Source: a virus (taxonomy: Duplodnaviria > Caudoviricetes). From it: DNA of 29,871 bases. The stretch is from positions 1 through 29,871 of the IMG/VR virus record IMGVR_UViG_3300016464_000084, one strand, 5' to 3'. The first letter of the stretch is position 1; every line of letters begins with the position of its first letter. Below, piece by piece: positions 10,701 to 18,125 of this stretch. The notes under the pieces are model-generated. The model was given only the letters and a program-made list of their open reading frames with translations. It ran no database searches and was not told the DNA's origin. The position numbers and the translations under genes are program-made.

Positions 10701-10799
10701 CTGAATTTGTCCGGGATTAGCCACAGCAGTAGACGCAACGCGGCCAAACAGACCCGTAGCCCTCGCGGAAATAGAACCGAACGATTCAACTACCGGCAT
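7791..10799 (-). CDS. Gly-rich domain + 14 RCC1/BLIP-II repeats (two 7-bladed propellers); putative tail adhesin
   Basis: 14 SSPxQ-containing repeats (KTDGTLWAWG.N..GQLGDG....SSPxQxG) in two groups of 7; N-terminal TWVVPTGVNSVSVCCIG..GGG..GAVRIIWG domain; start re-called at ATG 10799 (MPVVES). Confidence 0.88.
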   Translation of the reverse strand: MPVVESFGSISARATGLFGRVASTAVANPGQIQFVGSGTVTWVVPTGVNSVSVCCIGNGGTGSDVSGYSGGGGELRYKNNITVTPGSSITVAVGNSGGAQSTFNSTTVVAKGGGNATDIAGGAGGSGGTGDGGGNGGAGHASKGAGGGGAGGYSGAGGAGASNPQSAGTGAGSNGTGGSSAGGGYSDTAGANYIGYPGGGTGVKGTGTSGSGVAGAAGGGGSGGLSDYSAGNFGPFFGGGGSYTYDSAGATYSQTSPGGPGAVRIIWGSGRSYPSNALDVLVPTLRGMGSNAQGQLAVYNTLGAYSSPVQVGGGAFNTASSIAALYHTMSIKTDGTLWAWGQGSQGALGLGTVSNRSSPSQVGALTSWATVSVGYLFNLTTKTDGSLWAWGYNNYGQLGDGTVVDKSSPIQIGALTTWSKVAAGYAHSLALKTDGTLWAWGRNDYGQLGLGDTTDYSSPVQVGALTNWASISAGDSTSLAVKTDGTLWGWGLGTSGQLGDGTATSKSSPIQIGALTTWSSVASGNRSSFAIKTDGTLWSWGAGTSGVLGSGATASRSSPVQVGALTTWASVYTSQASANAGGLTTGNALWVWGANGSGQLGDGTTVDKSSPIQVGGLNTYKVNLAAVGNARILFNTVDSAQNTLSLWSWGLGTSGQLGDSSTASKSSPVQVSGTVTSVSDVFYGNGFAGVVKSDGTLWMWGQGSNGKLGDGTTAAKSSPIQIGALTNWSKLSLGNSTGYAIKTDGTLWAWGYNVYGNLGDGTTVAKSSPIQVGALTTWSKVFAGDNSAAALKTDGTLWVWGYNANGELGLGDTTNRSSPVQLGTGTNWSAAAFGNAFAIATKTNGTLWAWGNNVFGQLGSGNTTNTSSPNQVGSLTNWTANIVAGIYSSYAVKSDGTLWAWGDNSSGRLGDSSAVSKSSPVQIGSLTTWSQVFGSSGASNLCAIRVAGADGGLNSALFVAGVNTAGQLGTGNTTVRSSPVQLGSYTAIKAANGTNFLGGYFQ

Positions 10800-10809
10800 A
10801 GGATACTTC

Positions 10810-11799
10810 CTACTTGAATTGCGTCTGTGCAGCAAAAACGGTGAACGCCGCCGAACCCGTCTTGACGATCACATAGGTATAAGCGTCGACAGACGAAGCG
10901 TTACCGGCCGACCAAGCTGTGCCGCCTTGGTATTTCGGTGTAACCGAATTGCCGTCAACCTGAACCGCATTGTTATAATAAGCGGTGCCACCCTGAGTGA
11001 CGAGGAAAGCCACAGTAACAGATTCACCGACGGCCATGACCGAATTAAGTGCGGTGCCAGAAGAACCACGGAAATTGACAGTCCAGTTGGCGGAGGCGTT
11101 TGTCGTATAGTAGAGGACCGACTGAGTGGTGACGTCGTAATTGATCGTACCGGTCGCCGCCGTAGCCGAAACCGTACACGCCTCCAGAGCATTAAGCAGC
11201 TTGGCACCAGCGACACTGGTAGACCCCGAGAAAGTCTGCGTCGCCGTGAAGTTGGTGGCAGTCCCAGGGGCCACATAATCCGTGCCTGCTGTAGCAGCAG
11301 AGAGCGCCGAAGTACCGCTACCCTTCACGATACCCGTCAGCGTCGTCGCGCCCGTACCACCATTGGCGACGTTTAGAGCGGTCCCAAGAGCCAGCGACGT
11401 GAGCGCCGTCACACCCGCAACAACATTGGTGGCGTCGCAAAATACCCACATCGATTTGCCGGAGGGAACCGCAATACCCGTGCCGGCAGACGTCTTGACC
11501 GTGACGGTATCGGCAACTCCGTTATTGACGAGGTAAAGCTTCTCAATAGCCGGAACGATCAAGTTCCGAGCCCCGCCAGAAGTGCCGGTAAGGTTAAGAC
11601 GAAGATTACGCGCAGTCTGTGCGGCGTTTGTATCCGTCAAAGTAAGAGTAACATCAGCACTAGCAAAAGTAACGTCAGCAGAGCCAGTAACAGCCTCGCT
11701 CAAAGCCGTCCAGTTATTGTTCGTAACGTCGCCCCAGGTGGTGTTATTCTCACCCGTGGCCATAAGTTGGATCTTGAGATCGCTATATGTACTGGCCAT
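10810..11799 (-). CDS. Tail fibre-like protein
   Basis: 329 aa A/T/G/S-rich; MASTYSDLKIQLMATGEN..WG..TN.N N-terminus, VANGGTGATTL fibre motif, C-terminal W..G.A.SVDAYTY..KTG. Confidence 0.75.
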   Translation of the reverse strand: MASTYSDLKIQLMATGENNTTWGDVTNNNWTALSEAVTGSADVTFASADVTLTLTDTNAAQTARNLRLNLTGTSGGARNLIVPAIEKLYLVNNGVADTVTVKTSAGTGIAVPSGKSMWVFCDATNVVAGVTALTSLALGTALNVANGGTGATTLTGIVKGSGTSALSAATAGTDYVAPGTATNFTATQTFSGSTSVAGAKLLNALEACTVSATAATGTINYDVTTQSVLYYTTNASANWTVNFRGSSGTALNSVMAVGESVTVAFLVTQGGTAYYNNAVQVDGNSVTPKYQGGTAWSAGNASSVDAYTYVIVKTGSAAFTVFAAQTQFK

Positions 11800-11808
11800 T
11801 TCCGTTCC

Positions 11809-12513
11809 TCATGTAACTATAGGCACCCAGTTGGGCGTCTGATTCTCGTTGATCTGACCCCAAACGAGAGGCTTAGCCACAAATCCAATAGCCGAAACTT
11901 CAGTTAAATACACACTACAAACCCCGACCTCGAAAGTAAAGTTTATAGCCCCGGTACCGCTAACTCCGGTAAGGAGTATTGGTGTGTATACATACACTGA
12001 TCCAACGGATACTGCTGCCGATACTCCCGTTGTGTTAGTATTCGCGGCGGCCCTAGGTATGCCCGTTCCGACCTCACCAGTACCGTAAACAGTAGAAACA
12101 AAAACAATGCTCGAAGAACTTACGGTCGTATCCCCAATACCGCCAGATGCCGTTAGCCCGGACACACTGACAATACGCGGCAGTGAAACCACTGCGGCTC
12201 CAACATCGCCGGTAGCTGAAACACCTAAAGCATTCTGGTTGGCGGCTCCTCGAGCACCGAGAGTGCCTAACGAACCGATGCCCGAAGCGCCGGACGGCAA
12301 TACACTGATTTCAACGTAGGCAACGACTGTTCCCACGTTGCCGGTACCAGAAACGCCTGAAACCGTATTACGCGCGGCAGCGCGGGTGGTGACTGTGCCG
12401 ATTGTTCCGGTAGCTGAAACGGCAGTTACGTTGACGTCGACAACAACAGCCCCAGGAGAGCCCCAAGTGCTTCTACCCCATGTGCCGGAACCCCAACCAA
12501 GAATAGTAGGCAC
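11809..12513 (-). CDS. Beta-repeat virion protein
   Basis: 234 aa; repeated V.GVSATG.VG.V units, N-terminal GWGSGTWGRSTWG; GTG start. Confidence 0.65.
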   Translation of the reverse strand: MPTILGWGSGTWGRSTWGSPGAVVVDVNVTAVSATGTIGTVTTRAAARNTVSGVSGTGNVGTVVAYVEISVLPSGASGIGSLGTLGARGAANQNALGVSATGDVGAAVVSLPRIVSVSGLTASGGIGDTTVSSSSIVFVSTVYGTGEVGTGIPRAAANTNTTGVSAAVSVGSVYVYTPILLTGVSGTGAINFTFEVGVCSVYLTEVSAIGFVAKPLVWGQINENQTPNWVPIVT

Positions 12514-12543
12514 AGCGACCCCCGGTCACACTACAAGCCGAAA

Positions 12544-12906
12544 CTACATCAAGTTACGGAGCTTGTAGATGGCAGAAAGATACACCCCGGTCAGGCTGTC
12601 GATAAGATTAGCAACGGCGCGATTACCTTTGCAGATCTTCTCGTGGTTCTTCTCGATCCAAGCGGCGTCTTCGACTAGGACAAGCAGTACCTCCGACGCC
12701 TTAGTCTTGGTTACCGGAATGGTGCCCACAAGTTCAAACGCACCTTGGTACGCCTCGACCAGATCGTCGAGCGCATCGATCACCTTAGCGTAGAACTTAC
12801 CGAGCGCGACATGACGCGCGTAACCGCCAACCCCTTCAGCACGCCAATGCTCAAAATGGGCTAGGTTACGCGCGTAGAACACGCGAGCGATAAGTTCTTC
12901 GATCAT
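12544..12906 (-). CDS. Ferritin/Dps-like four-helix-bundle protein
   Basis: AHFEHW..YARHVALGKFY..LDDLVEAYQG..NLID..IYKL resembles Dps-like H/H/D/E metal-ligand spacing. Confidence 0.7.
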   Translation of the reverse strand: MIEELIARVFYARNLAHFEHWRAEGVGGYARHVALGKFYAKVIDALDDLVEAYQGAFELVGTIPVTKTKASEVLLVLVEDAAWIEKNHEKICKGNRAVANLIDSLTGVYLSAIYKLRNLM

Positions 12907-13385
12907 CAGGCAATCCGGATAATCGCCGCAGTGTTGGTAGCCGCCGGGAAGATGATGGTGAAATCACCATCCGTCGACGTTTTATCCGAGCCAAAATCCA
13001 GCGCGCAAACCGCAGCATTCGTCAGCGTGGTATTGGCATTCGAATTAGCCGACGGCGTAGTGTTGTAGATCAGCGCACCGCGAGCCGTGATCGTCGCATT
13101 AGCAAAGGTCAAGTCCGAAAAATCGGTGAAACCCGTACCGGTCGAAGCATTATTGTTCGACGTAACGACGCCAAGGTTGACCAGGGTACCGCCGCCAGCC
13201 GTGTAGTTCGTGCCGGAAGACGACACCTCATTGGTCGCCGAATACGCCGTCGTATTGGCGTCGAGCGAAGCCGAAGACGTGTAAAGCGCCAGCTTGAACG
13301 TATCGCCACTGGTCGGACGGAAGTCGTGCACGGCAAGCAGAATCTCCGCCTTGAAGCTGGTGCACATAGCTTGAGTAATAGCCAT
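12906..13385 (-). CDS. Conserved virion structural protein
   Basis: 159 aa; MAITQAMCTSFK.E.L...HDF..DTFKLALYTS..NEV..YTAGG..TARGALIYN..LDFGSDKTS..GDFTI.FP. Confidence 0.75.
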   Translation of the reverse strand: MAITQAMCTSFKAEILLAVHDFRPTSGDTFKLALYTSSASLDANTTAYSATNEVSSSGTNYTAGGGTLVNLGVVTSNNNASTGTGFTDFSDLTFANATITARGALIYNTTPSANSNANTTLTNAAVCALDFGSDKTSTDGDFTIIFPAATNTAAIIRIA

Positions 13386-13405
13386 TGTCTTGTCCTTTCA
13401 ACTAC

Positions 13406-13693
13406 TTACGTGTCTAGGATGGAAACCAACTCAGGATGCCCAGCTTTCTTAAACTTACTAACCAACGTAACGTTATGGGAGCGAACCGCTTCCCGCATGT
13501 AGTGCACCAGCACTTGACGAATATTCTCTCGGAACGCTTCCGCCTGCTCGCGGACTGCTGGATGGGTCTGGCTGCCGACGTAAATGATCTTATCCAACGC
13601 GCGTTCGGCGACTTCTTCTGGAGTGAAACCGCGCCCCTGGGTCGACATCACCATCACATTGCCAACATTACCAGTAGCCAAATCAAACGGCAT
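13406..13693 (-). CDS. Conserved hypothetical phage protein
   Basis: 95 aa, RGFTPEEVAERALDKII..QAEAFR; tightly packed in operon. Confidence 0.75.
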   Translation of the reverse strand: MPFDLATGNVGNVMVMSTQGRGFTPEEVAERALDKIIYVGSQTHPAVREQAEAFRENIRQVLVHYMREAVRSHNVTLVSKFKKAGHPELVSILDT

Positions 13694-13694
13694 G

Positions 13695-14375
13695 TTATCT
13701 CACCGGATAGCGAATCTGTTGGGTACGGTACATATCCTGACGGTTCTTACCTTCTCCGAGCTGTTTCAACATGGCCAAAGCCTCGTCATAGCGCTTCTGG
13801 TAGCCGGCAATAACGTCCTGTTCGCCTTTCATAAAGGTATACGCCTCAAGAAGCGAGCCGTACAGAAGAACAGAATCAAAATTATCCCCCAGCCACGTAG
13901 TACCAGCAGTAACGATAGACTGAGGATAATAGAAGTAGTGCAGTTCGATGGTATAATTATCGTCCGGCGTCGGGCCAAGAATGAAAACATTATCGTCGAA
14001 ATAAGAGTAATGAGCCGGCAACCCGGTGTCATTCGGGTTAGGGTACGCCGAACGGATAAAGCTCACATCTTTATTGAGCAGATATTCGTAGCTACCGTCT
14101 CCATCAATAACTGCCATCGAAAACGTAGACAGCCAATCAGACGGTACCGCCAAATACTTATTCCCTGAAGTGCAGTTGCCCGTGACGTTCTTACGGAGAT
14201 CCAACAACTGAACCGAATTAAAAATGCGCTGCTCAGCCTGTTCGATAAACGTATTAATCTGTTCCGTCGACGTGAGCGTAACTTCCCCAGACCCCGCAGA
14301 ATCCGTCCACGAGGTATTGGGGAAATCGTTCTCGACGTAACCCTTAATCGTCTCAAAAAGCTGAGCGTAATTCAA
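13695..14375 (-). CDS. Putative head-tail adaptor
   Basis: 226 aa, TTG start; FIEQAEQRI, P.DWL, G.P.HY, LGPTPD.NY.IELHYFYYP, LLYGSLLEAYTFMK. Confidence 0.7.
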   Translation of the reverse strand: MNYAQLFETIKGYVENDFPNTSWTDSAGSGEVTLTSTEQINTFIEQAEQRIFNSVQLLDLRKNVTGNCTSGNKYLAVPSDWLSTFSMAVIDGDGSYEYLLNKDVSFIRSAYPNPNDTGLPAHYSYFDDNVFILGPTPDDNYTIELHYFYYPQSIVTAGTTWLGDNFDSVLLYGSLLEAYTFMKGEQDVIAGYQKRYDEALAMLKQLGEGKNRQDMYRTQQIRYPVR

Positions 14376-14378
14376 GGC

Positions 14379-14543
14379 TTAGCCCATCTTCTTACTATGG
14401 CCGGTGCCCTTGGTAGCTGCACCCGTGCCGCGCGTCTTCTGCGTCTGGGTATTGGCAACCTTGTTGGGATAGCCATTGTTACCCTGGTCAGCGGTGTACG
14501 GCTTAATCTTACCGTACTCGCCAGTATCGTCATGCTCAGCCAT
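14379..14543 (-). CDS. Small protein, 54 aa (not in track)
   Basis: MAEHDDTGEYGKIKPYTADQGNNGYPNKVANTQTQKTRGTGAATKGTGHSKKMG; fills the gap and overlaps the upstream stop. Confidence 0.75.
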   Translation of the reverse strand: MAEHDDTGEYGKIKPYTADQGNNGYPNKVANTQTQKTRGTGAATKGTGHSKKMG

Positions 14544-14664
14544 TCTTCACCACCTTACCCATGTCCTTCTGGACCTTGCGAACCTCGCGGTTCTGGTTGG
14601 CGATCTTGGCGAGATTACGCCCCAGCTTCTTCATCTGCTCGTTAGTCTTGCCGCCCTTAGCCAT
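14536..14664 (-). CDS. Small basic protein, 42 aa (not in track)
   Basis: MAKGGKTNEQMKKLGRNLAKIANQNREVRKVQKDMGKVVKNG; GGAGAG upstream; starts 1 nt after the previous stop. Confidence 0.7.
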   Translation of the reverse strand: MAKGGKTNEQMKKLGRNLAKIANQNREVRKVQKDMGKVVKNG

Positions 14665-14665
14665 A

Positions 14666-15106
14666 TCAACTCTCCGTCTGCACAGTTACCGTACCGACAC
14701 TGCCTGCCATTAATAGCGTATTTGGCAGTCCAGATAAACCCAAAGGGTCATTAAGCCCAACCGGATTCCAACCCCACTGAATCATGCGGCTGCCTTCAGA
14801 AGGAGTACCGAAAGCCAGCACATTGTTCGTGGCGACTTCCCCTTGAGTTTTCTCCTGTAAACCCGTCAAGCCAGCCTGCCAGTAGCTATTATCCCGGCGC
14901 GGATTCCGCAGCGCTTGGGGGTCGTCTACTGGATACATACCTAGCTGCAACTGAGGTTGGTCAGGCTCCCAACAGGTAGGACAGACCAACATATTGATGT
15001 TCTTCGTCTTAATGACGAGCTGTCGAAGCTCTTTCAACATATAACGAAAGCCACAACGGTCGCATTCCGCGATGGCCCATTTTCCGGAAGCAAAACGGTT
15101 AGGCAT
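14666..15106 (-). CDS. Zn-ribbon-containing phage protein
   Basis: CDRCG...VCPTCWEPDQPQL..DPQALRNPR; GAGGT upstream. Confidence 0.75.
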   Translation of the reverse strand: MPNRFASGKWAIAECDRCGFRYMLKELRQLVIKTKNINMLVCPTCWEPDQPQLQLGMYPVDDPQALRNPRRDNSYWQAGLTGLQEKTQGEVATNNVLAFGTPSEGSRMIQWGWNPVGLNDPLGLSGLPNTLLMAGSVGTVTVQTES

Positions 15107-15114
15107 AACCTACC

Positions 15115-15843
15115 TCACCGAAAATACTGACGCGGGGCGATACGAAGGGGCGCTTTCTCGCGGTCTTCATCGGACGCAAGCTGCCACTGCTCGTCGTACA
15201 TCGCCTTCAGTGCAACGGAACGCTCGAGGCCGCCGGGGATTTTCAAAGAGAGATGGTAGGCAAGTCCGGCTACCAAAGCCGGCAGCATCCGGAACGGAAT
15301 ATCCTGAGTATTGACGCCGTTACCAGCATCCTGAATACGGCGAAGTCGCCAATAAACAAAAGTGTAGTAGTTATCCTGATCCGGGCATGGCCAGACATTG
15401 ATCTGCGGGTACTGAACTACCGTGCCGGGTGGGATAAGACCGTCGGGGTAGGTCGCTCCAGACTGGCGGTTAATCCAGACCTGAATTGGACGTCCTTGTG
15501 CATTTTTGTTAGGAATTGTAGCGTAAGTGTCTACGCTAATTCGATTAATGTTAATATCTGTCTGCGAAATGCCTGTCTGTGTGCGAATGACGTGCTCGAG
15601 CAAATCAATCGTATCGATAGGCAAATCATACGTAATCTGCCCTTGAATCATGGGGATGGACCCCTGTTCAATAGTCCACAGATTGACGCCCCGGTTGGCC
15701 CACTCAATGGTCAACAGGTTCAGACTACGCCGGGCAGTCCGCAAGTCATAGCCGGTACGAAGCTCAGCACCGACGCGCTCGAACGCTTCCTCAACAAGGT
15801 TGTTAAGGTCCAGGTTAAACGTGTCGGTGCCAGTAGTAGTCAT
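15115..15843 (-). CDS. Putative head-tail connector/adaptor
   Basis: 242 aa; EEAFER.G..GYDLRTARRSLNLL..EWANRGVNLW, IPNK..QGRP, VWP.PD, DIPFR.LPALVAGLAY. Confidence 0.7.
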   Translation of the reverse strand: MTTTGTDTFNLDLNNLVEEAFERVGAELRTGYDLRTARRSLNLLTIEWANRGVNLWTIEQGSIPMIQGQITYDLPIDTIDLLEHVIRTQTGISQTDININRISVDTYATIPNKNAQGRPIQVWINRQSGATYPDGLIPPGTVVQYPQINVWPCPDQDNYYTFVYWRLRRIQDAGNGVNTQDIPFRMLPALVAGLAYHLSLKIPGGLERSVALKAMYDEQWQLASDEDREKAPLRIAPRQYFR

Positions 15844-16235
15844 CTGAACCTTGCCGCCTTCTTAGCGATTGCTTTAGGCTGCCTAACAAACTGCTTACCC
15901 TTGGCCGTACCTTCGCGCTTTGCCTTAGTTGTAGCAGCATATTCACTAGAAGTAAGTGCCTGCCGCGCTTTCTTAGGTAAATAACGCTCGCCAGTGGCTT
16001 CAGATCCCTGAGTTGACGGTTTCCCCGACTTGGTTCCCCAGTCTTCCCGGGTCCATTTTGATAGAGACTTCTGCGCCGCAGTCTTGGGACCGCGATAGCC
16101 TCCACCGGACTTCTTATACCGCTGCGAGGCAAGTTGGGCTTTGCGGGCAGACCATTGGCCGGGTTTTCCGCCTTTGTCACCGGCTTTAACGCTGGCAACA
16201 ACGCGCTTCCACTTAGCTTCGTCTGTCCGCGCCAC
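15840..16235 (-). CDS. Highly basic conserved phage protein
   Basis: 131 aa K/R-rich; GGKPGQWSARKAQL..YK..GGGY, SL.KWT.E.W.TKSG, ERYLP; GTG start. Confidence 0.8.
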   Translation of the reverse strand: MARTDEAKWKRVVASVKAGDKGGKPGQWSARKAQLASQRYKKSGGGYRGPKTAAQKSLSKWTREDWGTKSGKPSTQGSEATGERYLPKKARQALTSSEYAATTKAKREGTAKGKQFVRQPKAIAKKAARFR

Positions 16236-16236
16236 C

Positions 16237-16578
16237 CTACTTCTTCCTCATACCCGATAGCGTCTGGGCGAACCGCGCACGCTGACCGAGTTTTCCCGGA
16301 GCCTTGGCAGGTTTCGCAAGCTTCTTCGCAGGAATCTTTTCACCCTTCGGCACTCCAAGCTGTTCATGGAGAGCACCGGGCTTCTTGATCGCCCCCTGAA
16401 TCCACTTACTCTTGCCGCCCTTGGCATACATGGTCACTTCGTCCGGATTGTCCTTACGAGTGATCGTCTTGGGCGTAGGCATACGAGGCATAGAAGATTT
16501 ACCGACCGGAGACTTAGGCATCGCCGGTCGAGGCATCCTAAGTGCCTTCATAACCCCCATTCCACGGGAGGGGCGCAT
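16237..16578 (-). CDS. Small basic protein
   Basis: 113 aa; MRPSRGMG, YAKGG, WIQGAIKKPGALHEQLGVPKGEKIP..RARFAQTL. Confidence 0.8.
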   Translation of the reverse strand: MRPSRGMGVMKALRMPRPAMPKSPVGKSSMPRMPTPKTITRKDNPDEVTMYAKGGKSKWIQGAIKKPGALHEQLGVPKGEKIPAKKLAKPAKAPGKLGQRARFAQTLSGMRKK

Positions 16579-16878
16579 TTAGCACTTCCCGCCACGGCGC
16601 ATGGCAACCTGCATACCCCGGGTCTTACCCTTCTTGGCGATGCCGTCAGCCGACTTGTGGCCGCCAGCGAGACCGCCCGAGGCCATCTTCTTCATGCGAC
16701 CGCTCTTAGCCATACCGCCACGGGCTTCGCCGCCATCATCATAACGCTTCTTCATCGAACTACCCTTTCCAGTAAACTCGCGCCCCACCGATTGAGGCAC
16801 TCCAACCTGCTTAGCAAAACTAGGACTGTGGGCTACTGCCTGCATAAACCTAGCCTGTTTTTCCGATTTGGCCGGCAT
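16579..16878 (-). CDS. Small basic protein
   Basis: 99 aa; MPAKSEKQARFMQAVAH.P.FAK.VGVPQSVG.EF, ADGIAKKGKTRG, several xxxGG motifs. Confidence 0.8.
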   Translation of the reverse strand: MPAKSEKQARFMQAVAHSPSFAKQVGVPQSVGREFTGKGSSMKKRYDDGGEARGGMAKSGRMKKMASGGLAGGHKSADGIAKKGKTRGMQVAMRRGGKC

Positions 16879-17129
16879 TAGGGAGCCCCTCGCTTAGTCA
16901 GTTCGTCAATCTTATCTTCGAGACGCTTAAAACTGAGATCGATACGAGCAGCCAAGCGGTCAATGGTCTGGTTCACTTCAGCCCGGGTAACGTGATCTCG
17001 AGCCATTTCCTCACGGGTCTTATTGAGCAAAATGCCCAACCGAGTAAGCTCCTGAAACTTACTCTGCGCGATGAAGCCAATCACCGCCACAAAACCCGTC
17101 AAGACGATGTTCCAGACCATCATTTCCAT
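16878..17129 (-). CDS. Membrane-anchored coiled-coil protein
   Basis: 83 aa; hydrophobic N-terminus then LLNKTREE..RLEDKIDEL. Confidence 0.75.
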   Translation of the reverse strand: MEMMVWNIVLTGFVAVIGFIAQSKFQELTRLGILLNKTREEMARDHVTRAEVNQTIDRLAARIDLSFKRLEDKIDELTKRGAP

Positions 17130-17130
17130 G

Positions 17131-17388
17131 TTAGCACTTCCAGGCTCGAAGGCTCTTATTGATCCGGCTATTCGGATCGTTGGCCGTCTTCGCCGACGTC
17201 AGCTTTTTCTTCATGCCTTTCATCCTGGCGCAAAAGCTGTCACGTCGTGAGCCGCCCTCCGGTTGCGGAGGCTTCAATCCCGGCTTACCTGGGTTAGCGC
17301 GGTTATAAGAAGCACGCCCCTTGGCGTTCAGCCCGCCCTTGGGGTTCTTGCCTTCTTTCCTCTGCCATGCCGGAGACTTAGCCATCAT
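17131..17388 (-). CDS. Small basic conserved phage protein
   Basis: Start re-called at ATG 17388/17385 after AAGGAGG: MAKSPAWQRKEGKNPKGGLNAKGRASYN..RRDSFCARM.GM..SLRAWKC. Confidence 0.8.
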   Translation of the reverse strand: MMAKSPAWQRKEGKNPKGGLNAKGRASYNRANPGKPGLKPPQPEGGSRRDSFCARMKGMKKKLTSAKTANDPNSRINKSLRAWKC

Positions 17389-18122
17389 GCTACCTCCTTT
17401 GCGGGCGGGGCAACCATCGGATACAGCACATCCTGTCCGTAGTTCCCCGTATATTCTTGGACACCCATATGCCCCAGGGTAATCGCCGGATCGACCCAAA
17501 CCTCAAACCCATGAGCACGAGCGCGATCACAGAACAGGAAATCTTCGCCCATGTAGCCCTCGTCCGTGACGAGGAAGTCAAACATAGCCGTCAGGGTGCG
17601 GCCGGAGCGCGTGTCATAATACCGCCACTCTGGATGTTTAGCCTCCAAAGTGGTGAAGACTTCCCGCCGAACCAGCATGAAAGCCGTAGCCACTCGAGCC
17701 GCCCGAACAAGCCCCATGCCATTCATGGTCAGCTCGTTATTCCGGTCATAGTCCAGAGTAGCAATATAGGTCTTAGTCTCACTGCGGGTACGCGGCACAC
17801 CGGCAACAATGCCCTTTTTGGGGTCTTGAGCCCAAGCCATCAGGCGAAACACCTGTTCCGGCTCGAAGTTAATGTCGCTATCAATAAATAGCAGGTAATC
17901 GCAGTTCGATTCGATCATATCCTGGGCAAGCAGGTTCCGCGCTCTTGAGACGACGGAACAGCCGCAGATGCTACCGATCTGAATAAAAATGCCATGCTGC
18001 GGCGCCATCTGGGCAAACCGCGCCAACGACACCGCAAGCTTCAACGAGACCTTAAAATCATACGCCGGGAGAGCAATAAACAAGCTCTTCCCGGCTAGGT
18101 CGTAACTCCGCTGAGCCTGCAT
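17385..18122 (-). CDS. GT-A fold (GT2-like) glycosyltransferase
   Basis: FIALPAY, SVVSRARN, DYLLFIDSDI (DxD), ATAFMLVRREVF, GEDFLFC.R, VWVDP...LGHMG. Confidence 0.85.
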   Translation of the reverse strand: MQAQRSYDLAGKSLFIALPAYDFKVSLKLAVSLARFAQMAPQHGIFIQIGSICGCSVVSRARNLLAQDMIESNCDYLLFIDSDINFEPEQVFRLMAWAQDPKKGIVAGVPRTRSETKTYIATLDYDRNNELTMNGMGLVRAARVATAFMLVRREVFTTLEAKHPEWRYYDTRSGRTLTAMFDFLVTDEGYMGEDFLFCDRARAHGFEVWVDPAITLGHMGVQEYTGNYGQDVLYPMVAPPAKEVA

Positions 18123-18125
18123 GGA

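Noticed and set aside
7791-10799. Diversity-generating retroelement
   Set aside because: No reverse transcriptase and no template/variable pair differing only at adenines was seen in this window
17389-17499. Track N-terminal extensions (17499, 10835, 6809, 29101 starts)
   Set aside because: They overlap upstream genes extensively; downstream ATGs with RBS-like sequence or stop/start coupling fit better
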